From positions 89,716,001-89,780,000 of the forward strand of contig NC_087437.1 of the NCBI RefSeq assembly GCF_036321535.1: DNA of 64,000 nucleotides. Direction: 5' to 3'. Below, one piece after another: positions 62,208 through 64,000 of this stretch. The stretch comes from Camelus dromedarius. Taxonomy: Eukaryota. The translations under genes were made by a program, and so were the position numbers. Within the stretch, counting starts at the first letter, position 1, and the number at the start of each line of letters is the position of its first letter. A model generated the notes under the pieces. It was given only the letters and a program-made list of their open reading frames with translations, was not told the DNA's origin and did not search any database.

Positions 62208-64000
62208 ATTAAAGGAGCTAATGCAGACCATAAACTAATGTACTGCTTCTTTCATCAAAAAAAGTCTTGCTATACAATAAAGACAAATCAGCCATCAGGG
62301 ATTATAGCAGTGTAGTAAAATTTTCAAATTATCTTAAAGCTAATGCATTAAGTGCAAAATTATTCTCTTTTTCATCTGACAAGATAGAAGTTTATTATAG
62401 ACAACTCTACTGCACACCAAGGCAAAAGCTATAGCTTGAAAACTTCTGTTGAAAATGTCTGAACAACAAAAAAGCTCTTGCTTCTACAAGATAAGAAACC
62501 AGCCCATTCTCACATTTTATATATGTGAGTTAGACAGCCAGCCTTCTTTATTTGTCTGATATATTTGGTGTCTTTGATAGTCTTAATACTTCCTGCAAGG
62601 AAGAAATGCAACATGTTTTGCAATGGCAGGTAAGGTGAAAGGGCAAAACAAAAGTCAGAAGCTTAAAATAATTGTAGAAAATCTATTCTTTTAAGACATG
62701 ATCTATAAATTAAGTACAATTATTAGTGAAATATGTGATAATCTTGATATTGCTCATTTGCAAAAAAGTGATCACAGACTATCCTACAATACTGAAAGGA
62801 CATTTTGAATTGTATGTCTCATCAAAAAAGAGCCACACATAGAAACTCATAGATCCTGAAGCGATATCTTCTATCAAAAATTTATTTAACTATAACGTCA
62901 CAGGATAAATACTGGAACTGGCTAGTAAGAAAGGATTGAAAATGAATTTTGAACCTACCGTAAAACTTGCCTTATTTTGGATAAAAGTTTAAAATGATTC
63001 TCTTAAGACTGCTTCAAAATTGCTTCAAAATCTCTTCCATTTCTGCCAACATACTTGTCTGAGATTCATTTCTCTACTCTAAGTACTATTAATATAAAAC
63101 ATGGAAGCAGTTTAGATTATACATTATTCCCTGCAAAAAAATGCTACAGCCAATTGAAGGAGATGAGATAAATTAATGAGGAAGCACATGTCACATTAAA
63201 ATATTTTAATAATTGATATATACGATGTTCATTCAAAGTGTGCATATAGATTGTTAATATGAACAATTACTATTTATTCTGTAAAGTTTTGTTTTGTTCT
63301 GATTACAGGATAACAAAACAATTACAAGGATAATAATAATTCTCTGTACTATTCCCAATACACCCATACTCAATGAACACACACAATTTTGTAATGCTGT
63401 TCTGTTTTCATTTGCTATGTTTGTAAAACGTAATAATGAAAAGTCAGGACTTTCATTTTGTATGCTTTAGTATTTCATTTGCTAATAATCCATTTTTATT
63501 GTACTTTACAGAAGTATGACTCGGGCTTTATTTAGAGAAAACAGACGGCCCTCACTGCCGATGACGTGAGAAGCGCTGACTGGGCTCCACGAAGGAGGCA
63601 GTTTGTTAGCTGTGGTCACTATTGCAGCTCCACACCCAAGATCTTGCCCTGAAAGTTACAGGAGGCACATCCTCTGACTCACTCTGCATGCAACCAGAAC
63701 AAATTGCTCCCCTCCCTCCTACTTCCTATAGCAAAACTGGATTAAGCTAAGGGAAGATAAAGATTTAGGGAGTGTTTTGCTCTGTTTATGGCTGTTCTTG
63801 CTCTCACTTTATTTTCTTCAGTGATAGGAGGGAACTTAACCTAAGAGTAGGGAGTGGATGGTTCAGTCCCATAAAAGGTTGGAGATGTTCTAAGAAGCTT
63901 CCATGGATGTCCAGGGCCAACTTGGGAATGATCTCCTGCCACTTCCATGGCCTTCTGGTAGATGTCATTTCCCTAGCAGGGTACCAATGTCTGAACCTCC

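Larger units (their letters stand above)
5817..64000 (-). other. CADM2: Large upstream CADM2 intron (at least 58 kb; its 5' end lies beyond the window)
   Basis: The 153-nt exon starts mid Ig domain, and I found no exon encoding the preceding part (recalled as ...QQTLYFDDKK) in the window. A by-eye search could miss it. Confidence 0.85.

Noticed and set aside
5817..64000. Recursive splice (AG|GT) sites in the long intron, e.g. minus-strand tttttttcag|gtgcat near 58295 and ccacttag|gtaagc near 36438
   Set aside because: Each candidate has either a weak donor or a weak polypyrimidine tract. They cannot be told from chance without RNA-seq saw-tooth or junction data.
1..64000. Foreign insert, prokaryote-like operon, processed pseudogene or novel multi-gene system
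   Set aside because: Composition is mammalian-intronic throughout. No long ORF or recognisable protein relic other than the two CADM2 exons and LINE fragments was seen.

Overview
AT-rich, CpG-poor mammalian genomic DNA lying entirely inside the CADM2 (SynCAM2/Necl-3) gene, which is transcribed on the minus strand. Only two coding exons are present: 5816-5664 (153 nt, second half of the N-terminal Ig V domain) and 3512-3375 (138 nt, first half of the next Ig domain). Both have canonical AG/GT boundaries and are phase 1-1. The remaining ~63.7 kb is intron, including at least 58 kb of one very long upstream intron. It is filled with decayed pan-mammalian repeats (L2, MIR, L1MD/L1ME, MLT1/MLT2, LTR33, MER5/MER91/MER112-like hAT elements), three ERV1-type LTRs, younger L1 3' ends, microsatellites and one tRNA-derived SINE resembling camelid Vic-1, which suggests a camelid genome. 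Repeat family names come from recalled consensus sequences, not a database search, and most repeat boundaries are approximate. I found no convincing novel biological system. The most notable observations are an inverted pair of same-family LTRs, two old local duplications, an intact solo LTR with target-site duplication, a stop-free circular reading frame if the two exons back-splice, and a few candidate regulatory patches. Apart from the ORF overlapping the 153-nt exon, the ORF track is noise.
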